Below are positions 35,101 to 49,012 of a DNA stretch of 64,000 nt, piece by piece. Every line of letters begins with the position of its first letter. The first letter of the stretch is position 1. The notes beneath the pieces are model-generated. The model saw only the letters and a list, made by a program, of their open reading frames with translations, was not told the DNA's origin and searched no databases. The position numbers and the translations under genes were made by a program. The DNA comes from Takakia lepidozioides (lineage: Eukaryota > Plantae > Bryophyta): contig CM060734.1 in NCBI GenBank assembly GCA_030704615.1, positions 20,212,001 through 20,276,000 of the forward strand. The letters are read 5' to 3'.

Positions 35101-38100
35101 CAAATGACTTCCTTGATCAGAAATTGGGTTGTCGTTCATTTGTAGCGACCGTAGGTGAGGGAAGCATGCCAGATGGCACAGTTGGGACACCTCGGATATG
35201 TTGTTGAACGAGAGATCTAGCACCTGTCCCATCTCGAATGTAAAGAATAAGCAGATGTCACATTCTATTTAAGTTATGTACTACCTGGAAATCAAAGCAG
35301 TGCTTCTTCCAACCCCTGCCATATAACTTGTTGCTCATACTACGTTCTTTGTGCGAATGCAGCAACCATGGCCTTATTGCACAAGTTGGCCATATGGCGG
35401 AGATAAACATACTCGGGTCTCTGAAAAGACAACAAGCTGAGGCTGATGATAGAAAAATGTTCAACACCAATCCCATACTGCAACCTATACTTCATCTTGC
35501 AGCCGGGAAAAGAATCTCAACCGGAAAAGGAATCTCATAGCTTACCTCAAGAGAAGGGCAACCCCACAAAGGTTCTACTACGTCAATTGAGTTGTCTTGC
35601 AGATACAGTCGTTGCAAATTTGGTAGCCATGCTCTACAAGCCAGACGTTGAATGGCATTGCCATTAAGCCAGATCTCCCTCAGTAACGCACTGCCCAGGT
35701 GGGAAGGAAGCTCAGTCAGGTTATGAAGGGATTCTAGCCCAGCAAGATCAACTAGAAAATTGTCCTTAGCTGAAATATGCTCCATAAACTCTTCACAACC
35801 GCGGAATGCCCCACTCAAGGTGGTCAGTCTGTTCATATCCACCATGAATTTTCTCAATCTTGGGCACTAACGGCCAAGATTCCCCTCCCCCAATGATGAT
35901 AAATCTTCATTTGCCAAATCCAGTTTGGCCAACCACCGCAATTAGTTTTTGCAGCAGTCTGCACTCTGCTCAAGAAGTACCCTTGTAAGTACATTACCAA
36001 TGGGTACACAGTGGCTGTCTTCAGGTTGTCCCATATGCAAACTCTCATCGTGCAATTCGTCAGCATCCCCATCTCCCTCCACATCATGCTCCAAATCCTC
36101 TTCACCCTCTTTTCCTGTTGAATCTCTAAGGTTCACAAAAGCAGTGGCTTCTGACTGACTCTTCTCACCATCACACACATCCAAACTAAGAACTCGAAGG
36201 ATGTGAGATATTGATTTCTCACAAAATTGAAGGCAACTTGTGTCCGGACGGCCCGCAGCTATGCCTGTCCTCTTCATTGCTGGTGGTCCAGGATGGGTTG
36301 TGATGTATTGTTGTTGCCATCTACTCCTAAACTTGTCAATATTGAGCCAGTTTTGCAAGACTGACTGGAGAGGAATACCCCATTGCAATACAATGGTAGG
36401 CTTTGGACCAACTGTCATGTTAAAGCCTCCCTCAGAGGCTGTAAAATGTTCCTTTTCAAGGCCCTCTGGTGAATGCACCACACCTTGCTTAGGCTGACTA
36501 TCCAAACTACAGGCACACAATTTTAATGCCCTCTCATTAAGCTTGGCTCTTTCACTCCCACCAGAACTTACTATTGGCTTTCCTACCTCATCAGTCTAAA
36601 AAACAACTGTCATTTCCCGCTCGAGCTTGGTGTGGTCAAGTTTTACACTCCTAGAAATAGATTGCCTCAAATGCTCTAAGATCTCAGCCCCAAGTCCAAT
36701 TTGCTCGCTCTCCACTGTCAGATAGTTCCATGTTGACATCAGAGGGTTTTTCCTGCTAATAGTTTTGACTGCGAATTTCATCATTCTTTCAGCAACTTTC
36801 AAAACCCGTTTCTGCACAACTTGCACAGCAAATGCGACCTCTGCCTCCAAGCCTAAGGAGGTCCCCTCGACCAAAAGAAGAACATACTCCTCTTTATGGT
36901 GTAGGTCTTTTCAATCCCTTTTTCACTCTTCCAACTCTCTTTTGAAACTGCACATTTAATCTACTAACAAAATCCTCCATCCCAAACCACTTGGCCTTTT
37001 GAATACTCTGCCGAAATGCACCTGGTGAGCCAGAAACCACACAGGTCTCCAATCTGCAAAGTGAGTCATGGAGAATGAGAAAACAAGAGGAAAAAGAATT
37101 AAAAGCATAACATGAACTGAAGCCACAATATAGTGGTGTCTTGTTCGTTTATGTTACTAGTGTAAACTGTGCATTTTGCATGCCAAAGAAAGCAATTGCT
37201 GCACAATCCACTGAAGGTGTTTCCTGTTTTTAAAGTGATGCCTCAAACAATCTTCAGGAATAAAATTATGGACCTCCTTCATTTTTTGTGGAAGTGGTTT
37301 CTTGTTCTACTTTGTCTCATTGGCCGTCGGGTCCCCCTGTGGACCCTTGAAGTTTTTCCCTTCCATTCTTCTCTCATCTTGTGGGCTTCCAGTTGCCATA
37401 ACAGGGTCCATAAGAAAGAGCTGAAGGTACTCGATGTTCATTGTCCTGGAGATCAGCGACACCCCACCTAAGCTGCAACACCCTACATGAATGCGCCAGA
37501 TTTTAATGGCCTGTGATCATATGGTGCAATTTGGCCAACCTTTCAATCACCTCTTTCTTTCTTGCTGCCAAGGTTGCCTCTGCAGCCACTGCCACTGTGC
37601 TCAATCCGAGCTGCCTTGCTTCGTAAATCCGCTCCTCAATGAATAGCTTCCCAGTTTCCCAACCGTCTACCACCTGCAATAGCCAGTCACTCACCCCCAC
37701 TTTTGCAGCAACAGACTCCTCTTGTACCTCGCTGGTATCTTCATCTAAGCACGGGCAGTTTACCTTCTCTGCACAAACGTCATACTCGTTCACCTCCCCA
37801 GCTTCATCCATGTGCCTCGGACCCTCAAAAACAGCTGTCTGTCTCTTCTCTGCAGCTCTGTGTATGTTCTGGGTGCAGTAGATGCACATTTGAAACAATG
37901 AATGAAATGAAATTAAATAGTGCTTTATAAGGTCCGAGGAAAGCTCATAGAGCTTATGGGACAAAATGGAAGAAAACATGAGAGACGAAACAAATCAATG
38001 ACAAGATCAACCAGCCATGGTTGTACAGAAAGAGCATGTGAACTTTGGGATGACTGATGAGCTTGGATATGTGTTCAATTCAAGTTGGTTGTCACATTGA

Positions 38101-41100
38101 CGACGCAAGGAGCCACTGGGGATCTGTGTGGCTGCGTGTTATCTGCAGTCCCAGGGGTTCATAGATATGGCATTCCCCTAAAACAACCACTAGGTTACCC
38201 ATTGATGACGCAAACAAATGATGGCCAAAACTTCTGACCAAATGTTCATACCTTAGGTGATGTGCATCAATTGCCATATATGCCACCCATAGCAAAGAGC
38301 CAAGCCATTGTTATTTCTTTGACAACCAGTGCAACTTATGTATTGAGTATCTTTGCCACGCCTCATACAAAACCTACCCCATCATCTATGTGAAAACAAG
38401 TACAATATGACTCATCTTCTGGGGGCTGCATGCAGAATCTGAACACATAAAAACCCTTCTATTAGCCTTCAATCCTATGACAGTAAACTGTGGAAACACG
38501 TTTAAAAACAAAGATTTGCGTGCTGAACTTTACCTGGAGCAGGACTTCAGCAACACCAATATTTTGGGCTTTTTTGACCTGTGCTTGCACTTCCGGTAGT
38601 GGCTTCAACTGGACAACCTGTTCAGCATCATGAACTAGGCTCTCTTTTCCTGTATCGAAGTCATTACTGAATCCCTCTATTGCAATGCAACCAAGTTTTC
38701 CAGCTTCAACCTTGCTTTCATTGAACTTTTGAAATTGACACTCCATCGCCATGGCTAGATTCTTTTTGGCCTGCAGTTGAAGCATATCACACATAAACAT
38801 GTATCAACAGAATCTTTGTGCATCCTAGTTGGAAAGTAGAATCTTATGTATAGTCTGCATTTTGAAGATTGATGTCCCATAAGCTCTTTGAGCTTCAAGC
38901 AGACATTATAAAGTATCATTTCATTTTTCCCTCACCGTAGGATTGTTTTTTCAGTGTGAACTGGTCACCCAGTACTTCTGTTGCTTCTTTCTTCTTGTAT
39001 ACTAAACAACACTATCTGCCCCATCATTGCAGGTGGACTCTCATTTGCCCAAGCCATATGGCCAGCAGATACCCACACAGAGACAAGGGCAGGCATGAAA
39101 CAAGAAATGAGATGTACTTTATAGCGTCCACGGGACGCTCGAAGAGCTTATGGGACAAGAGGAAGGAAAAAAACAAGAGAGGGGCCACAAACAGCCCAAA
39201 AGCAACTATTGCCTGCGAGTCATGCAGGTAAGCAGACAAGCATTTCTGATCCTCGTAATGGAAGACCTCCGTGAAAGATTGAGACCCAAGTATACCAGGA
39301 GATCTTGAAACCAGAAAGTTTATACATCCTCCAGGGCCCATGGAACAGGTAGAAAAAAAACAGAAAATACAGAGAGGGACAGAGAGACTACACGAAACAG
39401 CACCTATTCTGAAGAACTACCTTGCATTTCTGACCTTCGAGCTCCTTGTATTGCTGTCGAGAGAGAAATCCTCGCACTATTTTTTGAATGAAGGTGCAAC
39501 ATCTCTCTTGCATCGTGTATTTGTACTTCTTGAAAGCCCAAGCAATTTTCAGTGCTGCTTTCTGTCTCACTCTCTGCTACCCCAAAATCATAGCAAAAAC
39601 TGCAAGAGTATGAGGAGTTATCAAGAGATTTTGCTTCATCTAGGCCAGCCAAGTGAAACATGGGACATGGGAAAGTGGTACAAAATGGTGCAAAATTTGG
39701 CTTTTGCAAACAAACTCTCTCTCTCTCAAAGCTCTCAAAGCCATTTGGTCCAATATGAAAAGATTTATGTTTGTGGATGTCTCAATACAAGAGAGTAGAT
39801 ATACAAAGAGCAGTCTATTGCAGGTAGCTTTTCCTTCCACGCTCACCCATTGACGTATCTGGGTGCACTTCCTGACTTCCAGTCTATTGGCAGTGTAATA
39901 AAGGCAAAAGAGAAATTGACCAATGGTATCACTTATGAAAGCAACCCTGTCTTGCACTGCCTGCAAGAAGAATGTATATGTGGAACACAGCCAGACTTGA
40001 CGATGTCTACTTCACACACTGCTGTAGAAATGTCTCCATTAAATCTGGTGTATGTCATCCATTAGTTCTAGACTTCCATCCCAATCTGTCAGATTGAGAT
40101 CTACAGATCTGCCAATAAACTCGGAAGAGCAATACCGCCTCAAACTTCTGAATCAAAACTGACTCCCTTTCCTTCTGTCTCCTTGATTCCTGCAGCAGCA
40201 GATAGACAAGTAGAGTAAAAAGCATCAGACACAGGCACATTCATCACGTGTCTCACCTATTCAACCAAATGTTGAAGGGAAATCGAAATGAAATGAAATG
40301 GTATGGTACTTTATAACGTCCGTGGAAAGCTCAAAGAGAGGGAGGAGGGATCCTGAACATAATCAGAGATGTTTCCACCAGTTCAGCCACCTACTTAGGC
40401 AGACATTAATGCATGCCTTTCACCGAATTCTGTTAAAGGTGTCTGGTTCAAGCTAACACTGTCCATGAAGGAAAAGTGGTTTCCCGGAGTTGAACTTCCA
40501 ACACATATCTCCTTTCAAAGCACAATAGAAGCCAAGATCTGTGGAATGTCCTTGGCCTCATAAGGAAGACTCACTGGGTGTTTCTAGAGCATTAAGCTTT
40601 GGCCTATTTGCACATTGTCCTGTATCCTTTGATGAAGTGATAACTAATGCATTAAGAAGGTATGAATAAGTCAGGAATCATACAGTTTCCTTTTCAAATA
40701 TCCTCCAGATATTGGTCAAGAGAGCTGCAGCACTAGTTTCCGACTCCAATTCCAATTCCTCCCTTTCCTGTTGCTGCACAAACAACCTACTCTCCACCCT
40801 CACAGCTCCCAGTCAAGAAACCTGAATCTTACAGCAGTCAACCACCATCATTATAAACAGTGATGAGATTATTGTGAATCAATTCTTCACACCTTTCTGA
40901 CATACTACTTGTCACAGTGTCTCTTCAAGATGAAGAGCTTGTGTGCCCGCCTCCCTTTTCATTTCTCATTAGTAAAGGGAGTCAATTGAGTTTTCACTTC
41001 TCTAAATAGATGATGGTGACTTGGAATGGACACATTTTTACTCTTTACTTACATGCCACATATAGCACTTGCTGTGACATGACCAAGAGCATTATATCCA

Positions 41101-44100
41101 TGTAACTCCAGACTAAGCTGCAGACTTAACATTTGAGAACGAGGAGACCACTTCCAAGAAAAGAGAAGCTTTTTTGGTCCTGAGTAGAAGTTAGAAAGGG
41201 TATTTCTCCCCCCCCCCTCCCTCTTGAAGGCAAATCTGTAAACCCATCTACTCACCAATGAGATGGAAATGAAATGAAACGTTACTTTATAACGTCCGTG
41301 GAAAGCCCAAAGAGATTATGGGATAAGAGAAGGCATGAAACAAGAAAGGGAAGAAATCAAATGAAAAGATAAAAAAGGGATAAAAGGGAAGAAAGGGAAA
41401 CCTTCACAGAACATTGGAAAGACATTAAAACAAATATACTGCAACCTTGTATCTTAGAAGATCAATTCCAGAGTACAAGACAGTTCAACCATTTCTTAAA
41501 TAGCAGCAACTAGGTACACAGACTGACCCCTGATATGACAAAAAACATTACCCCATAAATATGTCCGAGTAAGACAATTTCCCATCAAAGAGATGAAGTT
41601 CTTCTGTAATGTCTAGCAAATCCAAGAGGAAAAGTTTATGTTTGTTTGGCCACTCCTCCCACATGAAGTACTTTTGAAATTGCAAACGCTGCATTTCATC
41701 CTCCAGTAGTCATTGCCTCCGTTGCTATTGGTTCAATACTTAAGGATCAACCTACTGTTATTTGCATTCAGAGCAAAAGAGAGATAGGGTTGTATGTTGC
41801 ATGACAAGTAGAGAAACTGTAATAAGACAAATGACTAGAACATGAATCTTCTTGCACTCAAAAGGAGGACTTGAAGGGTTGGAAAGACCGTTTCACGTCA
41901 AACTGGACAATTGATAAAATAGGAATGTTTACAATATTCAATGCTTAAAGTACATCCTCAAGAATTCCCTCTGCGTTGGTGCATTACTATAAGTCCAAAA
42001 ACTCACTGCGCTCTTGTTTCTCGATCTTGTTCAAGGGCAGCCAGCTTCTTTGCTTGGTCGATTTGGAGTTGATCCTACATTCCCTCTGCACTTTTCTCAG
42101 AAACTCAACTATCTAGCATTTGAGTTCCCAAGAAAAAGAAAACAAGCTCTTGCCTTTGCAAATAAACACGCATAGCTTAAGGTTACAGAACTTCATTCTG
42201 TCCTTCTCGAACTTGAAGCAACAGAACATGCTCCAGTGTATATCTCCCACATCAATTGTAATGTACTCGAACAATGTGTAAGGCTTCCAACCTTAACATA
42301 CTATCATCAAAGTAGCTTGAATCCAACATGCAAAAGTCATTTCCTGTGACAGGTGGATACACATGACCATAAGCTTTCACAAGCAGAGGCTTGGAACAAG
42401 AATTAGTTCTCATCCCCATAGGCCTTACTAGGTCTAGGGAAAAAATGATTGGAAAACATTCGTAATTACTCAGGAGCTCAAAATGTGAATACCTACATTG
42501 AGAAATTGCTGCTTTTGTGCTACAAGGGCCAGTTGTCTCCCTGCTTCCTCATTCTGACGTTGCTGCTCGCTTTCTCTGGCTCTCAATCTTAGCTGTTCCA
42601 TCGCCATGAACTCCTCAACAAGTCTTGCCCTTTGTCTTGACAAACAACTGACAAAGAACTGAGATTGTCTTCCTCCAAAATTATGCAATCATTAAGCTCA
42701 GGTTTCTTCTCATTGAGCTTCATGCAACCTTGTGTCTCTACTTTGTCCTTCCCTGCTGCAAACCCTTCAATTACCTTGGGCTTAAGGTTCCCAGCTTTTG
42801 TCTGTCATATGCATAAGAATCTTACTTGGTAGAGGTCCCAACTATACAACTATACAACTATCAGTGGCATCCTGCAGAATTCCACCTTGAAAAAATACCT
42901 GATATTGGTGTGGAGGACGTAATCCCATCTTGCATGCTTTCTTTGCTATCCATACTGTCCTTTACACGCTGGTTGTGTTGACTGGGGCATGGCACACAAG
43001 CGGCGTCCCTTTCTTTCAGTTGGAGGTGAGTTTACCACCAGATTCATTGTAGGTTTCACCTGGCCAAGGATCTCACTCAGATGCTGTGAATCAGGTTTAT
43101 GACCACTGCTAGGTCTCTTGTTTATATATCGCCAGTCAATCCAAAGGCTATCCCAAACCCTCCTTTCAAATTCTTCCTTCGATTCCTCCACTAAGGGCTT
43201 TCCAGGAGCTTCACTTTGATTTCCCTTCTGTGAAGCAGTTTGCTTTTCCTTGTCTCCTTTAGTACAGTCACCGGTGCTGTTTCTACTGTCGTTTTTATGG
43301 GCCAGATTATCACACGATTGTCCCAAGGTTCTGCTTTCAGACTGCTGCATAGTTTGAATTGATATGACCTCTTTAATGGTCTTCCTTCGCAATTCATTTT
43401 GCATCTCCTTGTGACTTCCCTTTTCCTTTCCCTTTTCTTCTTGCAGATTTGAACCATGCACAAGAACACCCCTTGCACCATCATTTTTATTCTCTATTAT
43501 TTGTAATTGAATGGGTGGTTCTCGACTTGTATTATAATCTAAATCTTCAACTGATAGCCCGAAATTCTCCCTGATGTCGTCTTCCTCAGAGCGCGCCCCT
43601 GTCTCAAGCTGGGTACCATCACATCCTTCTGCACTGGTGTCAAGGCATTCGGTATTGCGTTTCAAGGTAAAGTCCACTGCTCTATCGGACGGTGCAATCA
43701 ACTCCATTTGCCGCCCTCCAGTGGAATTCAAGGATGTCTTATAACTTCCTAAATCTTCTAACCCCTCTCCTGCGTTGCTTGACGTCATACTTACTACAGA
43801 CACTTTATCAGACGTATCTGGAAGTGACAATGTGGCGGTACCCTTTTTCGCCACCGAGTGCTGGTCGTGATGGAATGAACTGTCACAATGCAACTCTATT
43901 CTTTCTGAACGGCAGTTCTTTTCAGGGTCATGCAGATGGATTGTAGGAATCTGTTGGAGGGCTTCAGGAACATTGTGCTCAATACTCTTGCTGATACGCC
44001 GACATGTTGCCAAGCTGTTCATTTCCTCAAGAGTGTCGTCAAAAGCCCTGAGCCTTGCTTCTTGTATCCGCCACCTATCTAGGAGCATCCGCAATCCGCC

Positions 44101-44166
44101 GCCTTCAGTGTCTTGCATCTCCTCCACGTTTTTGTCCATCTCTGCAGGTGTGACTGGTTGCGACAT
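32196..44166 (-). pseudogene. LRRIQ1: Leucine-rich-repeat and IQ-motif protein (LRRIQ1-like), multi-exon, with premature stops; 3' end uncertain
   Basis: IQ motifs (FIQKIVRGFLSR, CLQAMARRMLAR, KIQALWRGCATR followed by DDDDYEY) and SDS22-type LRRs (LQRLYLQDNSI, VLDLSFNNI, LRSLQMNDNP). In-frame stops at 35942-35944 and 35867-35869, and frameshift(s) near 34450-34550. Confidence 0.72.
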
Positions 44167-44329
44167 GATGACCCGTCGATACACACAAAAATTCACGATG
44201 TTTCTCTCAAGAAGCGAAGAACTTGTCAACTGTGTGATCCAGATGAGCACAGGAAGTCACAGCCACAGGTAAGATAACAACCAACCAATTAAGCTTCAGA
44301 TCCTCAGATTCCATCAAGAACTGGAAGCC

Positions 44330-47300
44330 GCCTGTTCAAGTGCTTCCCTCTATGCAATCCTCCTTTCATGAACCGTCGCCTTATCTCCCAATTCGCCCCC
44401 CGCCCCCTCCGCGATATAAGGAAACACTTAGTGGTGTTTGGTTTAGCCCCCTCGTGGCGGTCACTCAGGGCACAAAGAGACACCCATCCGTCTTCGCCGG
44501 TTTTATCTGGAGATTCGGAGAGTATGCAAGATCAGCATCAATTACGGGCACTAGCCCTTGCGACACGCGCCCTTCCCGCTTCCTCCACGCAGCCACTCTC
44601 ATCGGCCCACAGGCGACTTCGTCATAGTATCATGTTAGGCCGCGTTGGCGAGTATTCACGGGCGGCCAAGGCTTTAGCACCTTCCTCACCAGCGCCTCCA
44701 TCACCGGATATTGTCATCGTCCTCGAAGCCCTTCATCTATCAGCTCAGGATATTCTGCCACTTTTTGTTGAGGACTTCGAGCCAGACCAAGATCTCAAGC
44801 TAGATCGGGAGGTCTTCACTTAGGCCTTCACGCGCAGTCCCCATCTTGCAGCGGCAAGTCCTTCCGGTCTCCTGTATGAGCAATTACGCGACTGCTTCTC
44901 TCCACATGACTCTGTTAGTGGCTTCTCTCAGCTATTTCAGATTTGCTCCTTTATTGCTGCTGGCCGTATCCATGCCTCAGTGGCCCGTCTCCTTGGGGCC
45001 TCCAGATTGTTGGCTATGAGCAAACCCTCAGGTACTGGCATCCGCCCTATCGCAGTTGGAGAGGTTCTTTACCGCCTTGTCAGCCGCTCACTTTGTATTC
45101 AGTTTCGAGATGCCTTCTCCGGACACCTCTTTCCGCACCAGTTCGGGGTCGCCACTCCAGGCGGTTGCGAGGCGGTGGTTCAGGAGATTTGTGCAGCTCT
45201 TGATCTTCATCCGGATTGGGTGGTTCTCCAGGTCGATGTCACCAATGCTTTCAACACTGTGTCACGAGCGGCTACCTTTCAGGAGCTCCGTTCAGCCGGG
45301 GGAGATTTCCACCAGCTCATTCCATTTGTTCGATTATTCTATGCATCTACCACTCCCCTATACTACAGTCATCATTCTCGCCTAGGTGAGTGCTCCATCA
45401 TTCAGTCCAAGGTTGGGACCCGCCATGGCGACCCTTTAGGAGGACCTTTGTTTGCCATGGCTCATGTCCGCGCCCTCACGACTTCTGTACAAGTTCACTC
45501 ATCTTGTCTTTTTCCGTCGGTGGCAGACAACACGCACATTGTAGGCCCTGCCTCACAAGTACTTTCAGCTTACTATTATTTTGTCACCCAACTCTCTGCC
45601 GTGGGCCTTTCAGTGCAACCTCGCAAATGTGCGGTGTGGTCTCCGTCCGGTCTCCCTGCAGATTTTGTCCTCCCTGCTCACTTCATTGCTCTGTCCAATG
45701 GCATCAGAATCCTGGGAGTCCCTTTTGGCACCACCCAGTTCACAACGTCATTTTTGGAAGATGCACTCCACCAGGATGTCACCCACGCCGATCTCCTTCC
45801 TAGGCTCGGAGATGTACAGGTAGCATATAGAATCTTGACCAAATGTTTCCTTCAGCGTCCCTCATATCTCTTGCACACTGTTCCACCCAGCCCAGATTTC
45901 CTACACCTCTTATCTGGGTTTAATACTACCATGATGACTATCTTCGGGAGATTGCTAGGACCAGGAGCTCTGGAGGGTGCTCAGGAACTTTTGCCACGAC
46001 AACAAGCCACCTTGCCCGTCTCTTCCGGTGGTGTGGGTCTTTTGTCCACTGTCACTACCGCCCCGTCAGCTTTCCTCGGCAGTTGGGCATTGGTGGCGCC
46101 AGCCCTCGCTTCACGATTTCTCTGTGACCATCGTCCATCCTTATGGACGCCATTGCACATATCGACAGTGGCATTTTACCCTTCCAGCAGCATCTCCGCT
46201 CTGCACAAGATCTTCTTCCGGCACCGGCGCGAGCATGTCTACCACCATTTGAGCAGTTGGTTGCTCAAGGCCTCGACCAACTTTAGGAGTCCATTTCCGA
46301 GCACGTGCACCGTCATTCCTTTTCCGGCATGCTCTCAAGTGCTTCTTCTGAGTTGCATCGAACCCGACTTCTATCATGCGCAGGACCCGGAGCAGGGGCA
46401 TGGTTGACAGCACGACCCACTATCGCACATTTTCGCCTCTCATCCCCTATTTTCACTACTACGCTCCGCCTTCGACTCGGTTTGCCTCATCCTTCGGCAT
46501 TGGGTCTTCAGCGCTGCGTCTATCTTCAGCCCATCGATGACTTTGTCATCCATCTCCTCCACTGTCCATGTGGTGGTGAGCGCACTGTGTCTCATGATAT
46601 GGTTCGCGATGCGGTGGCATCTATTGCTCGGGAGGCAGTGTATCATATACTGCGTGAGCAACCACATCTACGACCCACGCTCACGTCCCACTCTACACGC
46701 CGCCCTGTTGACATCGTCCTATCTAGAGATAGTTTGTGTACCTTAGCAGATGTCGTTTTCGCCGACCCCACTCGAGCGGATCTGCTATCTCGCGCAGCTA
46801 CCACACCAGGCACGACAGCCACTGTAGCAGCCCAGGCCAAGGAGCGCGACTACAGCGATTGTCACCCCACCGACATATTTCTTCCACTGACAATCGAAAT
46901 ATTTGGCTCATTGCACCGACACTTCGACGATTTCCTGCGGACATGTGTACATCATGCAGCCAAGAGCGGGTCCACTGACATCCCACATGCCTCCGTCCTT
47001 GTCGCCTACTATCGACAACGTGTTTCAGTTGCTTTGCAGAGAGCACAAGCCATCTCTATTTTGCATCGGACTGATGTGGCTAGCTCCGCGTCATCTCGTC
47101 TTCCGCCTCTGCCTGACACTTTGCCTATCTCCTTACCTGATCTCCTCCAGGCTGTTGGCTGGGAGGGTCGATCTGCTTGAGTAGTTTACTATAGCTTCTG
47201 TTTTCGTCGCTGGTTGAGTAGCTTATTATAGCTTTTGTTTTTTTCTCTAGCTGAGTAGCTTACTATAATTTTTGTTTTCTTCTCTTGTTTCTTGCCCCCC

Positions 47301-47365
47301 CCCCCCCTTTTTGGGAACTTCACATCATATGCACGTTCACCCATTATACATGTTGTAAATAAAGT
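44330..47365 (+). mobile_element. CRE-like non-LTR retrotransposon (RT plus zinc knuckle plus restriction-like endonuclease), degenerate
   Basis: IRPIAVGE, QFGV..PGGCE, VDVTNAFNTVSR, GTRHGDPLG, RLRLGL, HLLHC..GGER..SHD, RPVDIV...ADV, KERDY, PL.IE.FG. AATAAA at about 47357. Stop at 44821 and frameshift near 46140. Confidence 0.85.
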
Positions 47366-49012
47366 CTTATAGGGTTTCATCAAACAGACCCCTCCAAATG
47401 CAGCCCCTCTATTATCAAATTCTTCTCTTGTAACCACGACACCATTAACATTGAATCAGGTCTTCCACCATTTCAGCATGCTTCAAACCGCATGATCAGT
47501 TCCAGATGACTAAAATCCCACCAATCCACTAATTCGGTTACTACTCTAACTTACGCGTGTCGTTTTTGCTTTCACTGTTACAATATGTGCGATAATGACT
47601 ACGGGCTCACAATCCCGAAATGATTATGGAAAAATGCATTCAAGAGTGCAACAATCCGCTCCAAATAGATGATGATAATCTCGCCTGAGCTTTAACACAA
47701 CAGAATTTCCATGTGGCATGTTGCAGGGGAATGGCGGCTGCAATCCTGTGGCACTTCACCGCCTTATACTATTCAGAGCATAGGTTTGAGACGACCGATA
47801 TATGTAAAGCTTTATCAAATTTCTTGATGATGCGACTGTACAAAGGCTAACAATGAACAAGGACCTCTAAAAGTGGCAGTCATCCACTTCTGTGTGTGAT
47901 TATTGTGCGTGCCGGACAAGTTAGGAAAGTGATGACACCTACGTGATGGAGAGTATGGAAGCTTATACTGTAGTAAGTTAGGCAAGGAGAGTTGCCACAG
48001 ATCGAATTCACCTGAAGACGCGAAGAGCAGATTGGTGCTCTCTGTGGCAGTGACAACGACTATGGCGCCCTTGTCAGAGCAAAGATGCTCTTTGTAATAA
48101 CAAACCAGCGTCCAGGTCCTAACGTCATGGGCAAACTGGATTTGAACCTAGGAAGTTCTGACGTGGGGCCACCCATAAAGAGGGCAGCAGCTAAAACGAT
48201 TATAGTAATGGAGGGCGTAGTTAAGGCATAACGGAATTGTTGATTAACCTAATAATCTGTACCCACTGTTGTCCCACGGGCGTGAAAGCACGTCTTCTCT
48301 CTCTCTCTGTCGTCGCTCACGTTTCCCTCCGTTTCCTTGCGCTCTATCTATGGATTTCCTCTCTTTCTCTATTAACCGTCTGTCTGCCTGTCTGCATTTC
48401 TCTGTCATTGTTCCGCCCGTCCCTTGCGAATTTTTCCGCGGGAATGTGTCGATGTCTGAACTGAACCGTTCTTTGAATGTTTAGTAGATGCTGTGCGTTC
48501 CTGCTGTGTTGGGAAGGTCTTTGTGTCTCCTCTGCTCCGCCGACTTCGCAACTCGCTGCGTCGCTTCGGATATTTTTTTGTCAAACTTGGATTCTTGCAA
48601 AGGATTCCATGAAGTGGCTGAGACCTCCCCGTGCCGCAGATCTCACTCTCAATCTTTATTCCTTTCATGCTTTGATGTGTTGTCTTCTCTTTCCCTCTTT
48701 ACTTCCTGCCCGGGTTCCCTAGTTCATTTTCTAGCTTTGGCATTGCCGTCTCTTTTGAGTCTTCATATTCGGTTGGTGACATTTTCTTTTCATTTCATGT
48801 CGACTCATTATTTGTGGAGTGAATTCATCTTCTGTCTGTCTCGAACCTGTTGGAGTTCTCTACACATTTCCAAACCTCCTCTCCTCTCTCACTTTTTCTT
48901 TTCCCTCACTCCCCGATCACACGGGTCCAAGAGAATGGATCGCATGTGGCATTTCTATCTGTAGATTCCTCTGTTCTCTCCGTATCATCTTTTCAACTCA
49001 GTTGCTGTGGCG

